A DNA stretch of 64,000 bases from Mobula hypostoma (Eukaryota), in the NCBI RefSeq assembly GCF_963921235.1, contig NC_086097.1, positions 56,484,001 to 56,548,000 on the forward strand. The letters run 5' to 3'. Shown one piece after another: positions 53,045-64,000 of this stretch. The stretch's first letter is position 1. Each line of letters starts with the position of its first letter. Under the pieces are notes generated by a model that saw only the letters and a list, made by a program, of their open reading frames with translations, had not been told where the DNA came from and ran no database searches. Both the position numbers and the translations under genes were made by a program.

Positions 53045-53342
53045 ACTACGGTAGCGTTGGGGTAAGTGTGACGCTATTACAGCTCGGGCATCGGAATTTG
53101 GAATTTAATTCCAGCATCCTCTGTAAGAAAGTTTGTACATTCTTCCCGGGAGCGAGTAGGTTTCCTTTGGGTGCTCTGGTTGCCTCCCGCAGTCCAAAGA
53201 TGTATCGGTTAGTAGGCTAATTGGTCATTGTAGGTTGTCCCGTGATTATGCTAGTGTTGAATAGGTTGGTTTCTGGGCAGTGCAGCTCATTTGGGCTGGA
53301 ACAGCCAGTTCCGAGATATATCTCTAAATAATATAATAAAAA
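53045..53342 (+). mobile_element. V-SINE (HE1-like) with CR1-type tail
   Basis: tRNA-like head, V domain GTTTCCTTTGGGTGCTCTGGTTGCCTCCCGCAGTCCAAAGA, tail ending TATCTCTAAATAA. Confidence 0.78.
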
Positions 53343-54586
53343 TCCTATACAATGGGTATCTGCAGTAGCAGATTGGATAGTTAAGTAGGATACAGAGCCA
53401 CTTCAGTACACCTAGAATTCAGGCACCTCTCATGCCCATCCAAGAAAATCCCGGAATTAATGAAGAAAATTATTAGATATTCCAATGCAAGCCTTACATT
53501 TTCAACAAAATGGGTTGACTGGCATTTTTTTACCTATCGCCACTTACGATGTTTTGAAAAATGGATACTTGAGTGTGGCAGATTTGCAAAAGAGAACCAC
53601 AGCACTCTCAGTGTCATTTGATCCAAGGATTAATACATGATTAACTTAAGTTCCCTACGTTTCATTTCTGTCCTTCTGGAAATAAAGTCTAGTGCTTGGT
53701 TTACATTCTTATGGTTATCCGTGGCATAAGTTTTAGTGCTCAGTGTACTTATACCCCAAGATCCCTTTGTCCCTCTACCCACCTAGACTTGCACCTTCTC
53801 CTTTTTCCACCCACATAAACAGATGACCTCATCTTTATCTAAATTGAAATTCATTTGCCAATTATTTGCTCCTTATGCATGTCTCTCTGTAATTTGTTGC
53901 AGTTCTCCTCAGTGCTGATTATTCCATTCAATTTGGCATCGTAAAAAAATTAGAAACTATGTCTTTGATTTTGGAACCTAAATCATTAACGTACATTGTG
54001 ATTAGCAGTGGTTCTTGCATTGATCCTCACGGAGCGTGACCATGCACATTCTTCCTCTACACATGTGACCTTTTGCCGATTAACAACCTATTCTGCAATT
54101 TGTCTCCTGGCTCTGTATTCCCTGACATTCATTAATCTACAATAGACTAGCCTACTGATGTGCTTTTGAAAAGTACATACAAATCAGATACATTACTGTT
54201 GTCTACTCACCCTCTGTTATACCTTCAAAAAATCAATGTCTAGTTCAGCAAGATTTAGTTATACAGTAATTGTCATCTTGTCTAATCTCTCCTTTAGTAG
54301 AAATTCCATTAGTTTCCTGTCACCAATGTTTGATTGTCTGACCTTGTTGAAAATATTCAATCTCATTCTTACATATAACTGTCTCGGTTCCTATGAGTGA
54401 TACCTTTGGTATTTATACCTTTTCTAACAAACAACTAAATAGATGCCTCTGTCATTGCTTAGGTTCTTTTGAAATGAGTGGATGCATTGCACCTGGGCCA
54501 GAAGTCTAATCTTCTGAATGTGATTAGCTTTTAGCCCCATTTTCTATTTGAAATACATACATTTCATTATTTACCTTATCATCAAA

Positions 54587-54628
54587 ATTGCTGGTGAACG
54601 CAGCAGGCTAGGCAGCATCTATAGGAAG
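54587..54628 (-). mobile_element. 42-bp PLE tail fragment between 21-bp direct repeats
   Basis: TTGCTGGTGAACGCAGCAGGCTAGGCAGCATCTATAGGAAG matches 45780-45820. ATTATTTACCTTATCATCAAA occurs at 54566-54586 and 54629-54649. Confidence 0.85.
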
Positions 54629-54985
54629 ATTATTTACCTTATCATCAAATGTCATATTTGAATAATGAAATAATATAATACTTTATTCTTTTTTTCTTCA
54701 CCCTCTTGTGGCATTGTCCTGCCTACCACTCAACAGCCCCATTAGTTTTCCAAAACACCAATTTTTTATTGTTTTACTATTTTGTCTTATATTTCTTGCT
54801 TATTAAATATCACTGTTCCTCTTTGTCTTCTTTTTTTATATTTGTTCCTAAGTCCTTCTGCATTCTCACTTACTATGTTCCTTTCTGCTATCCAAATATA
54901 TAATCTATGCCTCTTTTTATCCTCAGCTGTTCCCTAATATTCATTCAGAAAATCTCCTTAATGTTTCGCCTGTCCTTTTCCTTTA

Positions 54986-55444
54986 GCTCACCACACGCTG
55001 GAGGAACTCAGCAGGTCGGGCAGCATCCGTGGAAATGATCAGTCAATGTTTCGGGCAGCAACCCTTCATCAGGACTGAAGAGGGAAGGGGCAGAGGCCCT
55101 ATAAAGAAGGTGGGGGGAGGGTGGGAAGGGGAAGGCTGGTAGGTTCCAGGTGAAAAACCAGTAAGGGGAAAGATAAAGGAGTGGGGGAGGGGAAGCAGAC
55201 AGGTGATAGGCTTTTATCTTTCCCCTTACTGGTTTTTCACCTGGAACCTACCAGCCTTCTCCTTCCCACCATCCCCCCACCTTCTTTATAGGGCCTCTGC
55301 CCCTTCCCTCTTCAGTCCTGATGAAGGGTTCCGGCCCGAAACGTTGACTGATCTTTTCCACAGATGCTGCCCGACCTGCTGAGTTCCTCCAGCGTGTAGT
55401 GCGTGTTGCTTTGACCCCAGCATCTGCAGAGTATTTTGTGTTTA
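54986..55444. mobile_element. Short palindromic PLE insertion (two inverted 3' ends)
   Basis: About 54990-55177 is the reverse complement of about 55214-55402. TSD CTTTTCCTTTA at 54975-54985 and 55445-55455. Confidence 0.9.
55313..55350 (+). ncRNA. Minimal type I hammerhead ribozyme motif
   Basis: CAGUC-CUGAUGA-A-GGGU-UCCG-GCCC-GAAA-CG-UU-GACUG: 5-bp stem I, full core, 4-bp stem II and a GUU triplet. Confidence 0.75.
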
Positions 55445-56334
55445 CTTTTCCTTTAACTGTAGTACATTTTCCTGCACTCTGCTAAGTACAGTTTTAAAAA
55501 CTTTCTGTTTTTTTATATCTGCTTAGCTAGGTAGAGATGACAAGCAGGATAGTTGAATGCTCCTCATGTGGGATGTGGGAAGGCAGGGAGACCTCCAGTG
55601 TCCCTGACCTCTACAGCTGCGGGAAGTGCATCCAGCTGCAGCTTCTAACAATCCACAATAAAGAGCTGGAGCTGGAACTGGATGAACACCGGATCATTTG
55701 AGAGGCTGAGGAGGTGATAGATAGGACATAGAGAGAGGTAGTTACACCCAAAGTGCAGGACACAGGAAACTAGGTGACAGTCAGAAAGGGGAAAGAGCTT
55801 AAGGAGCCAGTGCAGAGTACCCCTTGGCCATCCCCCTTAACAACAGGCGCATCACATTGGATACTGTTGTGGGGAGGGTGACCTAACAGAGGAAAGTCAC
55901 AGTGGTCGGGTCTCTGGCACTGAGTCTGCCTCTGTGACTCAGCCGGGAAAGGGGAAGAAGAGGTGTACTGTGGCGATAGGGGAATCTTTAGTTAAGGGAA
56001 TGGACAGGAGGTTCTGTGGGCAAGAACGAGATTTCCAGATGGTATGTTGCCTCCGGATGTCAGGGTCCAGGATATCTTGGATAGCGTTCTCAGCATTCCT
56101 AAGCAGGATGGTGAACAGTCTGAAGTCGTGGTCCATGTCGGTACCAATGTCATGGGTAGACAAGTGACGAGGTTCTGCAAAGGGAGTTCAGGGAGTTAGA
56201 TGCTAAGCTAAAGGGCAGAACTTCCAGCATTGTGCTCTCAGGATTACTACACGTGCCACATGCTAGTGAGGCTAGAACTAGGAACTTTACAGAGTTTAAT
56301 ACATGGCTAAGGAGTTGGTGTAGGAGGGAGAGTA

Positions 56335-57009
56335 CAGTCGGCCCTCCGTATCCGCAGGTTCCGCATCCGCGGATTCAACCAGCCACGGATCAAAAGTATT
56401 CGAAATAAAATTCCAGAAAGTTCCAAAATGCAAAACTTGAGTTTGCCGCACACCAAGCACTACGCTGAATCCACGTGAATGACGTGATGTGCAGGCATAC
56501 CCTGCTGTAGCCTCCCACCATTTCACAGATCCTCAGTCTCTCTCCAGCACTCGTTGTTTGAGCATTGTTCACCTCGCATCTCGTTCGTTCACTACTTGTG
56601 TTGTGAGCAAGAGGAAGGAGCTTAAGGCTAGTAAGGGATGGCTGGCTAGCTATGTAAAGCGCCACAGCCTCAAGAACTTAAAGATCACGGGAGGATCAGT
56701 ATCGGCTGATGCCGAGGCAGCATCAGCGTTCCCAAAAGAGCTACGGTGGTTGCGTCTGTACTGAACATGTACAGACTTTTTTTCTTGTCATTATTCCCTA
56801 AACAATACAGTCTAACAACTATTTACATAGCATTTACAGTGTATTAGGTATTATAAGTAATCTAGAGATGATTTAACGTATACGAGAGGATGTGCGTAGG
56901 TTCCATGCAAATACTATGCCATTTTATATAAGGGACTTGAGCATCCACGGATTTTGGTATCCGCAGGGGGTCCTGGAACTAATCCCCCGCGGATACCGAG
57001 GGACGACTG
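56335..57009 (+). mobile_element. Non-autonomous Tigger (pogo/TcMar) DNA transposon with MER2-like ends and a transposase fragment
   Basis: TA TSD (56333-56334 and 57010-57011). TIRs CAGTCGGCCCTCCGTATCCGC / CAGTCGTCCCTCGGTATCCGC. ORF 56489-56764 contains ELKASKGWLASYVKRHSL...SADAEAASAF, typical of the Tigger/CENP-B HTH region. Confidence 0.92.
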
Positions 57010-57994
57010 TATAAGATTTTTGGATCATTGGTCTCTCTTCCAGGAAAGGCGAACGGAACTAAAGAGAAGGTTATTGGGAAACTGAAATGTCTGAAGGTAG
57101 GTAAGTTATCTGGACCAGTTGGTATATACCTCAAAAGTCTGAAAGAGGTGTCTGAAGAGATCGTTGGAGGCATTAGTAACGACCTTTTAAGAATCACTAG
57201 ATTCTGGAATGGTTGCGAAAGACTGGAAAATTGCAAATGTCATTCCAATCTTCAAGAACGGAGCAATGCAAAAAAAAAGGAAACTGTAGGCCAGTTAATC
57301 TTACATTAGTGGTCGAGAAGATGCTGGCGTTGATTATTAAGGACAAGATCTCAAGGTATTTGGAGACACATGATAAAATAGGTCGTAGTCAGCATAGTTC
57401 CCTCAAGGCAAAATCTTGCCTGGCAAATCAAGAAGTAACAAGCAGGATAGACAAAGGAGAATCAACTGATGTTGTGCACTTGGATTTTCAGAAGGTCTTT
57501 GACAAGGTGTCACACATGAAGCTGCTTAACAAGTTACAGGAAAGATGTAGCATGGATAAAGCAATGGCTGATTGGCAGGAGGCAAAGAGTGAGAAAAAGG
57601 GGGCCTTTTCTGGCTGGCTGCTAGTGGTGTTCCATAAGGGTCTGTGTTGGGACCAATTTTCCTTATCTTATATGTCAATGATTTGGATGATGGAATTGAT
57701 GGCTTTGTTGCAAGGTTTGCAGACAACATGAAGATAAGTGGAGGTGCAAGAAGCTTTGAGGAAGTAGAGAGGCTACAGAAGGGCTTGGACAGATTAGGAG
57801 AATGGCCAAAGAAATGGCAGATGGAATACAGTGTCGGGAAGTATATGGACATATACTTTGGTAGAAGAAATGAAAGGATTGACTATTTTCTAAATGGACA
57901 AAAAATACAAAAAACTGAGACACAAAGGGACTTGGGAGTCCTTGTATTTGCAGGCTGAGTCTATGGTGAGGAAGGCAAATGCATTGTCAGCTTT

Positions 57995-58963
57995 CAGGTT
58001 AGCAGGTGTTAAGAGTGGGCTCCCTCACCTCTGTCCCTCTGACCCTCAACACAGGTGCCCCTCAGGCCCGCTCCTTTACTCTCAGTATACCCATGACTGT
58101 GTTGCCACCCACAGCTCCAATCTGCTAATTAAATTTGCTGACAACTCTAAACTGATTGGCCTAATCTCAAATAATAATGAGGCAGCCTAGAGAAAGGAAG
58201 TCATCACCCTGACACAGTGGTGCCAAGAAAACAACCTCTCCCCCAACGTCACAAAAGCAAAGGACCTGGTTGTGGACTACAGGAGGAATGGAGACAGACT
58301 AACCTCTATAGATATCAATGGGTCTGGGATTGAGAGGATGAACAGCTTTCAGTTCCTTGGCATAAACATCACCGAGGATCTCACGTGGTCTGTACATACT
58401 GGCTAAGTGGTGAAAAAGACACAACAGCACCTCTTTCACCTCAGACAGCTGAAGAAGTATGGTATGGTCCCCCAAAATTCTAAGAACTTTCTATAGGGGC
58501 ACCATTGAGAGCATCCTGACTGGCCGCATCACTCCTCCCTTAATCGCAGGGCTCTGCAGAGAGTGGTGCAGACAGCCCAGCGCATCTGTAGATGTGAACT
58601 TCCCACTATTCTGGACATTTACAGAGATAGGTGCATAAAAGGGGCCCGTAGACCCGAGTCACCCCAACCACAAATTGTTCCAGCTGCTGCCATTTGGGAA
58701 ATGGTACCGCAGCATAAAAGCCAGGACCAACAGGCTCCAGGACAGCTTCTTCCACCAGGCCATCAGACCACTTAATTCATACTGATGTTACTGTATTGCT
58801 ATGTTATATTGACTATCCCATTGTACATAATATTTATTACAAATTACTGTAATTGCACATTGCACATTTGAATGGAGATGTAATATAAAGATTTTTACTC
58901 CTCATGTATTTGAAGGATGTAAGTAATAAAGTCAATTCAATTCAATTTAATTCAATTCAATTC
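57995..58963 (+). mobile_element. Rex1/Babar-type LINE 3' portion nested in CR1
   Basis: LLYSQYTHDCV...IKFADNS. AATAAA and an (AATTC)n tail at 58930-58963. Confidence 0.88.
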
Positions 58964-61904
58964 ATTTCAAGAGGACTAGAATATAAAAGTAAGGATATAA
59001 TGTTGAAACTTTATAAAGCACTGGTGAGGCCTCACTTGGACTATTTTGAGCAGTTTTGGGCCCCTTATCTTGGAAGGGGTGTGCTGAAACTGGAGAGGAT
59101 GCAAAGGATTTTCACGAAAATGATTCCAGGACTGAATGGTTGTCATATGAAGAGCATTTGATGGCTCTGGGTCGATTCACTGGATTTAAAAAGAATGAGG
59201 GGTGACCTCATTGAAACCTATTGAATGGTGAAAGGCCTTGATAGAGTGTATGTGGAGAGGATGTTTCCTATGGTGGGAGAGTCAAAGACCAGAGGACACA
59301 GCCTCAAGATAGAGGGGCATCATTTTAGAATGGAGATGAGGAGGAATTTCATCAGCCAGATGGTGGTGAATCGTGGAATTCTTTGCCACAGGCAGCTGAG
59401 GAGGCCATGCCTTTATGCTTATTTGAAGGCAGAGATTCATAGATTATTGATTGGTCAGGGTATGAAGAGATATGGGGAGGAGGCAGGAGATTGGGGCTGA
59501 AAGGAAAATTGAATCAACCATGATGAAATGGTGGAGTGGACTCGATGGGCTGAATGGCCTAATTCTACTCTTATATCTTATGGTCTTATGGTCATTCCAC
59601 ACAGTTATTTAGCCATATCAGTGCTCATTTCATATTCCAAAATTCTGTTCTCAAAGTTTCAATCTCAATTTTTATCTAATCTGTTATTCTCAACATAATT
59701 ACACACTTCTCCATCATAGTCATAAAGTATAGTCACTATTACCTGATCCTTCCCTGTTATTTACTCTTCTTGTGTGCCCTGGTTCATTTTCCTGTGCAAA
59801 ATCCAGCCATAGGTCTTCTCACAGATGTCTTACATATTATGCTAGGAAGTTGTCCTCTCTGCCATCTAGATACTACATTCTCTTATACCCTTATACCTGT
59901 TCACTCCAACTGATACCATGGCTTTAGAAATCCCCAACAATTACTAATCTATGATGTTAGTCAATTCTCTAATTTGGCTGCATACTTCTTTCTAAATTAA
60001 ATGGTCTGTAGTCTACACCATTAATTGTAATTGATTCTTTTATCTTTATCCATTTGGGTTCACAATATATCACCTTTTATCCTTAATAAAAACCCTTCTG
60101 CATCTTCAGTCTCGCAGTATGTTGAACCCTGCGGTGTTTAAGTTGCAATCTAGATTTTCCAGCAGCCATCTCTCAGTAAGCACATTGCTGCATAGATAGC
60201 TTAGCTCACCTTTAATTGTGTTTTCTCTCGTTTAATTTAACCACCTTATAGGGCTCCTGTACTGTTTGTTGCCTTGCTGTCAAAGACTCCTTTACATTTA
60301 GAACCTAATCCCCAAAACTCTTCCTGTAACCTCCTCCGTGTTCCCACCTAAATCACTTGTTACAACATGGACAACAACAAATGGATCAATCACTTGCCAA
60401 GAACTTCTCCAACTGTTGTGAGATACTCCTAATCCTGACACTGAGTAGGCATTGCACCCTTCAGGACCAGGTGAAGATTATTAATTATATGTTTCATTAT
60501 ACTTTGAAACATCACCATAAAAAAGAAGCAGGTACCTGATGTAATTACCACCATCATACCCTCCATCCCCTTCCCCACAGTACTGAACCAGCCAACCTTC
60601 CATCCTCTGATTAATACGTATAAGAGCTGTTGAGGAATTGAGACTTATTATTGGCCAATGAGTTCCGCAACAACACATTCTGAGAATTTAATCAGTGTGC
60701 CTAACTGCAACACAGGCACAAAAACTTCCCAGTTATTCTTATATCGTGTGTTGCAATCAGCAGAACTTGGGCTTCAGAACCTGATACATTTTGAGCATTA
60801 GTTATATTAATTATCTATATCAAAGTACTGCAAATATCCATTATCCTCAGGGTCCTAACCTAAAATGTCAACTGTTTCCCTCTATTGATGCTGCCTGACC
60901 TGTGCTTTTTGTGTTAAACCTTTAAATTCAGTAATTTGTATGTACAATTGAGATTATGACAGTTTAATAACAGAACTCTCAGTTCCTGATTGATTTATTA
61001 AACATCATTTGCTAATAACTAGTCTATCATTTCTGTGTAAGCATTACACAGTAAAAAAAAACACAGTAAGTTATCTAATTTGCAAAGTAAACTTAGGCCA
61101 GCAGGTGGCTTCCCACTTCTGTACAATAAAAAAAGTCTTTGATCCTTCTGTGTTCACTTTTAAAAACAATAATTTGTTTCCCAAGAGAATTTTGCAGGTA
61201 GCAAATTAATTTACATAGTTTTGTAATAAAATGGCTACCATAGACCATGACTGAAAATAAATGAAAAGGGCATAACCCATGTTCAGGCTGGATAGTATTA
61301 TGCTCCAGAAACTGATAAAACTATTCCCATTCTAGAAAGGAAATCAAGCTCATATCCCTTAGGAAAATCAGACAAATGTAGTAAATGTTTATACATTGGC
61401 CACTCTTAATGAATTCAATGTTGATTGACTTTAAGAGGTTCCGTCTTTGGGAAATAAATGGAACTGGCTATTTTAATATTTGATTACCCTTGTGCTCTAC
61501 TCTTCTGAAGTATCTTTAAACTTGATCAAGTTATGTTAGAGACTTTAAACATACTGTATTAAATTCAGCTTCTATTATCAGTATAGTACAACTAGACCAA
61601 AGACCAACAGAAACAGGACCTGCTTGCCAATTGTTAGGATGGAAAAATCTATATGACACTTTACTCAGAGTCAAACAGATACAATTGTGAGAAAAATTGC
61701 TAATCCTTTCTCTTATGACTTCTTTCACACTTACTGAAATTCTCCAGGAATTTCTTACCTATTCTAAGTATTTAAAATCTCTCCTCTCCCCATAAGACCT
61801 TTCTTCTCTATCCTATCTATAAGACAACTTTCAATCTTCTCTTCATAACTTTTCTACTCCCATAATTACAAAGCAATTCAAAAGTTTAGTAAAATGTAAT
61901 AAAG

Positions 61905-62427
61905 GAAAAAGTCTACAAAAGGTGGTGCATGTAGCCCAGTACCTCACAGACAAAACCTTCTATCTACATCACTGAGAACTGCCACAAGAAAGAAGCATCC
62001 ATCACCAAAGACGCCCACCATCTAGACCATGCCCTCCTCACGACTACCTTCAGGTAGGAGGTACAGGAACCTCAGGTCCCACACCACCAGTTTCAGGAAC
62101 AGTTATTACCCATCAACCATCAAGCTCCTAAGCCAGCATAGATAACTTCAGTTAGCTTTAACACTGAACTGTTTCCACATCCTATGAACTCCCTTTCAAG
62201 GACTCTACAGCTTAATTCATGTCCTCAATATTATTTATATATTTTTTTCATTATTTGCATAATACATCCTCTTTTACATGTTGGATGTTGCCAGTCTTTT
62301 TTATGTAGAGTTTTTCATGAATACCATTGCATTTCTTTATTTTCCTGTAAGTGCCTGCAAGAAAATTAACCTCAAGGTAGAATATGGTGACATTAATCTA
62401 GTTTGATCACAAATTTACTTTGACTTT
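61905..62427 (+). mobile_element. Rex1-type LINE 3' end
   Basis: FRNSYYPSTIKLL-type coding end. 3' UTR like 52345-52560, ending AAATTTACTTTGACTTTG. Confidence 0.75.
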
Positions 62428-62796
62428 GTGTAATAAATAAATTGGTTTAATAAAAAGATGCAAAATATGTTAAAGAATGTAATAAATAATGTTAACAGAA
62501 GCAGAAATTATACTGCAATGCCAACCATCTAATTTTCAATCTTTTAATTTACAAGTGCCATCCTCAGAATGCCGAGGTTCTTGAATATAGGTGAGCTGAG
62601 GCTTTAGCTGTAGAAATCAGTCACTCTGAGTTTGCAAGAACATATTTGAGGGTGAGAGAGGAAAGCCTCAGAGAGTTTTCAAAAAGTGGCCTAAGGTATC
62701 TAACCTTATCTGTTTCTAGAGATTGCTCAGCTGGGAAGGAGAAGAAGGAGTTAAGAGTTTGTTCGAAGGTGACAATGACAAATTAGTTTTGTGTCT

Positions 62797-63005
62797 GGAG
62801 GAACTTGGCAAGCCAAGCAGCATCTATGGAAAAGAGTAAAGAGTCAACATTTCAAGCCGAGACCTTTCATCAGTCCTGAAGAAGGGCCTCAGCCCGAAAT
62901 GTCGACTGTTTACTCTTTTCAATAGATGCTGTCTGACCTGCTGAGTTCCTCCAGCATTTTGTACATGTTGCTTTGGATTTCCAGCATCTGCAGATTTTCT
63001 CATGT
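62797..63005. mobile_element. Miniature palindromic PLE remnant (two tails fused at their hammerhead motifs)
   Basis: Minus-strand tail 62797-62873 joined at CAG to plus-strand CAGTCCTGAAGAAGGGCCTCAGCCCGAAATGTCGACTG and its tail. Confidence 0.8.
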
Positions 63006-63689
63006 TAATTTTCTGTCTGGTTGGAGTAGGTTCAATTAGAAGCCTTTTTATGTGGGTATGTGACATCAATAACAAGTTTCTATAATGCATAACCTGCAGC
63101 TGTTGTGTTCTGGAGCATTAATTCTGTCTCTTTCTCAGTACAGATCATTGCTTTCTTTCCCTACAGATTCATAAAATAAGACTGTTCTGATGCTCCAAGA
63201 CATTTCGCTGAATGGGACTGATGTGATGCTTCAAAACATTTCCCTGAATGAAGCCTATCCTCCTTCATATTCACTGCCGCTGTCAAGGGGAAGGCGAAGA
63301 TTGAATACAGGTGCAATACTATCAGATACAGAGAGACATGTGAATTGGGTGTTGAATGTCAAGACATTAAGCATGAGTGAACTCAACAACCAGATACATG
63401 ACCTGATAATCATTTGGCTTTTTCTCACCCTCAGTGTGTCCTTCTGATAAATTCTGCCAATCCTAACTCCCAACTAAGTTCAACAGTCCATCACAGTGTT
63501 CTCAAGAGTACGCGGAAGAGGTCAAGACCAGGGCCCAGACACACTAGTGATGTGTGATTAAATGCACTAGTTGCACAGTTAACAGTTTAACTTCCTAGCT
63601 GTTAGTTCATGACAAATATCAAGTGCATTCCAACTGTTGAATATGGTGAGTCACCTCTTCTCAGTCTAGCTATTAAAATTAATTATCTC

Positions 63690-64000
63690 TTAGCAAAGAA
63701 AGAGGTGGCTGAAGAGATGCTGGAGGCATTAGTATTGATCTTTCAAGAATCACTAGGTTCTGAATGGTTCTAGAAGACTGGAAAATTGCAAATGTCACTC
63801 CACTCTTCAAGAGGGAGAGAGGCCAGAAGAAAGGAAGCTGTAGGCTAGTTAGTCTGACCTCAGTAGTTGGGAAGATGTTGGAGTCGATTATTAAGGATGT
63901 GGTGTGCGGGTACTTGGAGGCACATGATAAAATAGGCCGTAGTCAGCATAGTTCTCGCAAGGGAAAAACTTGCCTGATAAATCTGTTGGAATTCTTTGAA
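63690..64000 (+). mobile_element. CR1 LINE RT fragment, cut by the window end
   Basis: EDWKIANVTPLFK, LVSLTSVVGKMLESII, GKTCLINLLEFFE. Confidence 0.88.

Larger units (their letters stand above)
55525..59593 (+). mobile_element. Near-full-span CR1 LINE: ORF1 (Zn-finger plus SGNH esterase) and internally deleted ORF2; two nested insertions
   Basis: CSSCGMWE...CGKCIQLQLL near 55558-55650. VAIGESLVKG and VVVHVGTN esterase motifs at 55970-56150. RT motifs VHLDFQKVFDKV, RFADNMK and LVRPHLDY. (TCTTATGG)n tail. Confidence 0.9.
53640..60250 (-). mobile_element. Very old CR1-type LINE, split by younger insertions
   Basis: Decayed RT-like sequence at 53640-54540. APE-endonuclease-like remnants at 59600-60250 (minus strand TERWL, VGDF). 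Confidence 0.5.

Noticed and set aside
1..64000. CRISPR arrays, rRNA, prokaryotic operons or defence systems; additional SLC35F3 exons
   Set aside because: No regularly spaced repeat-spacer arrays and no gene-dense structure; the DNA is eukaryotic. I found no transmembrane-domain SLC35F exons, although very short exons could be missed.

Overview
Repeat-dense eukaryotic DNA. It is most likely from a cartilaginous fish, inferred from the mix of CR1, Rex1/Babar, Penelope, V-SINE and DeuSINE repeats. The only host coding sequence I can support is one 76-nt minus-strand exon at 8307-8382 (MKKHSARVAPIVAYSASVLTASTIE-G). It matches the alternative first coding exon of vertebrate SLC35F3 as I recall it, and a TATA/E-box/ETS/CRE cluster lies just upstream. 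The rest is probably intronic or upstream DNA of that gene. It is filled with decayed CR1 and Rex1/Babar LINEs, a full but dead Gypsy LTR element, a CpG-rich solo LTR, SINEs, Tc1/Tigger DNA elements and many Penelope-like (PLE, GIY-YIG) insertions. Three things stand out. (1) A 675-bp Tigger element whose ends look near-identical to mammalian MER2 but which keeps a transposase fragment; it is a horizontal-transfer candidate. (2) About a dozen minimal hammerhead-ribozyme motifs in the PLE 3' ends. (3) A size series (0.2-1.9 kb) of head-to-head PLE palindromes with the element 3' end at both junctions, several with target-site duplications (TSDs). Family names and human comparisons come from recall, not from a database search. 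Boundaries of decayed repeats are approximate.
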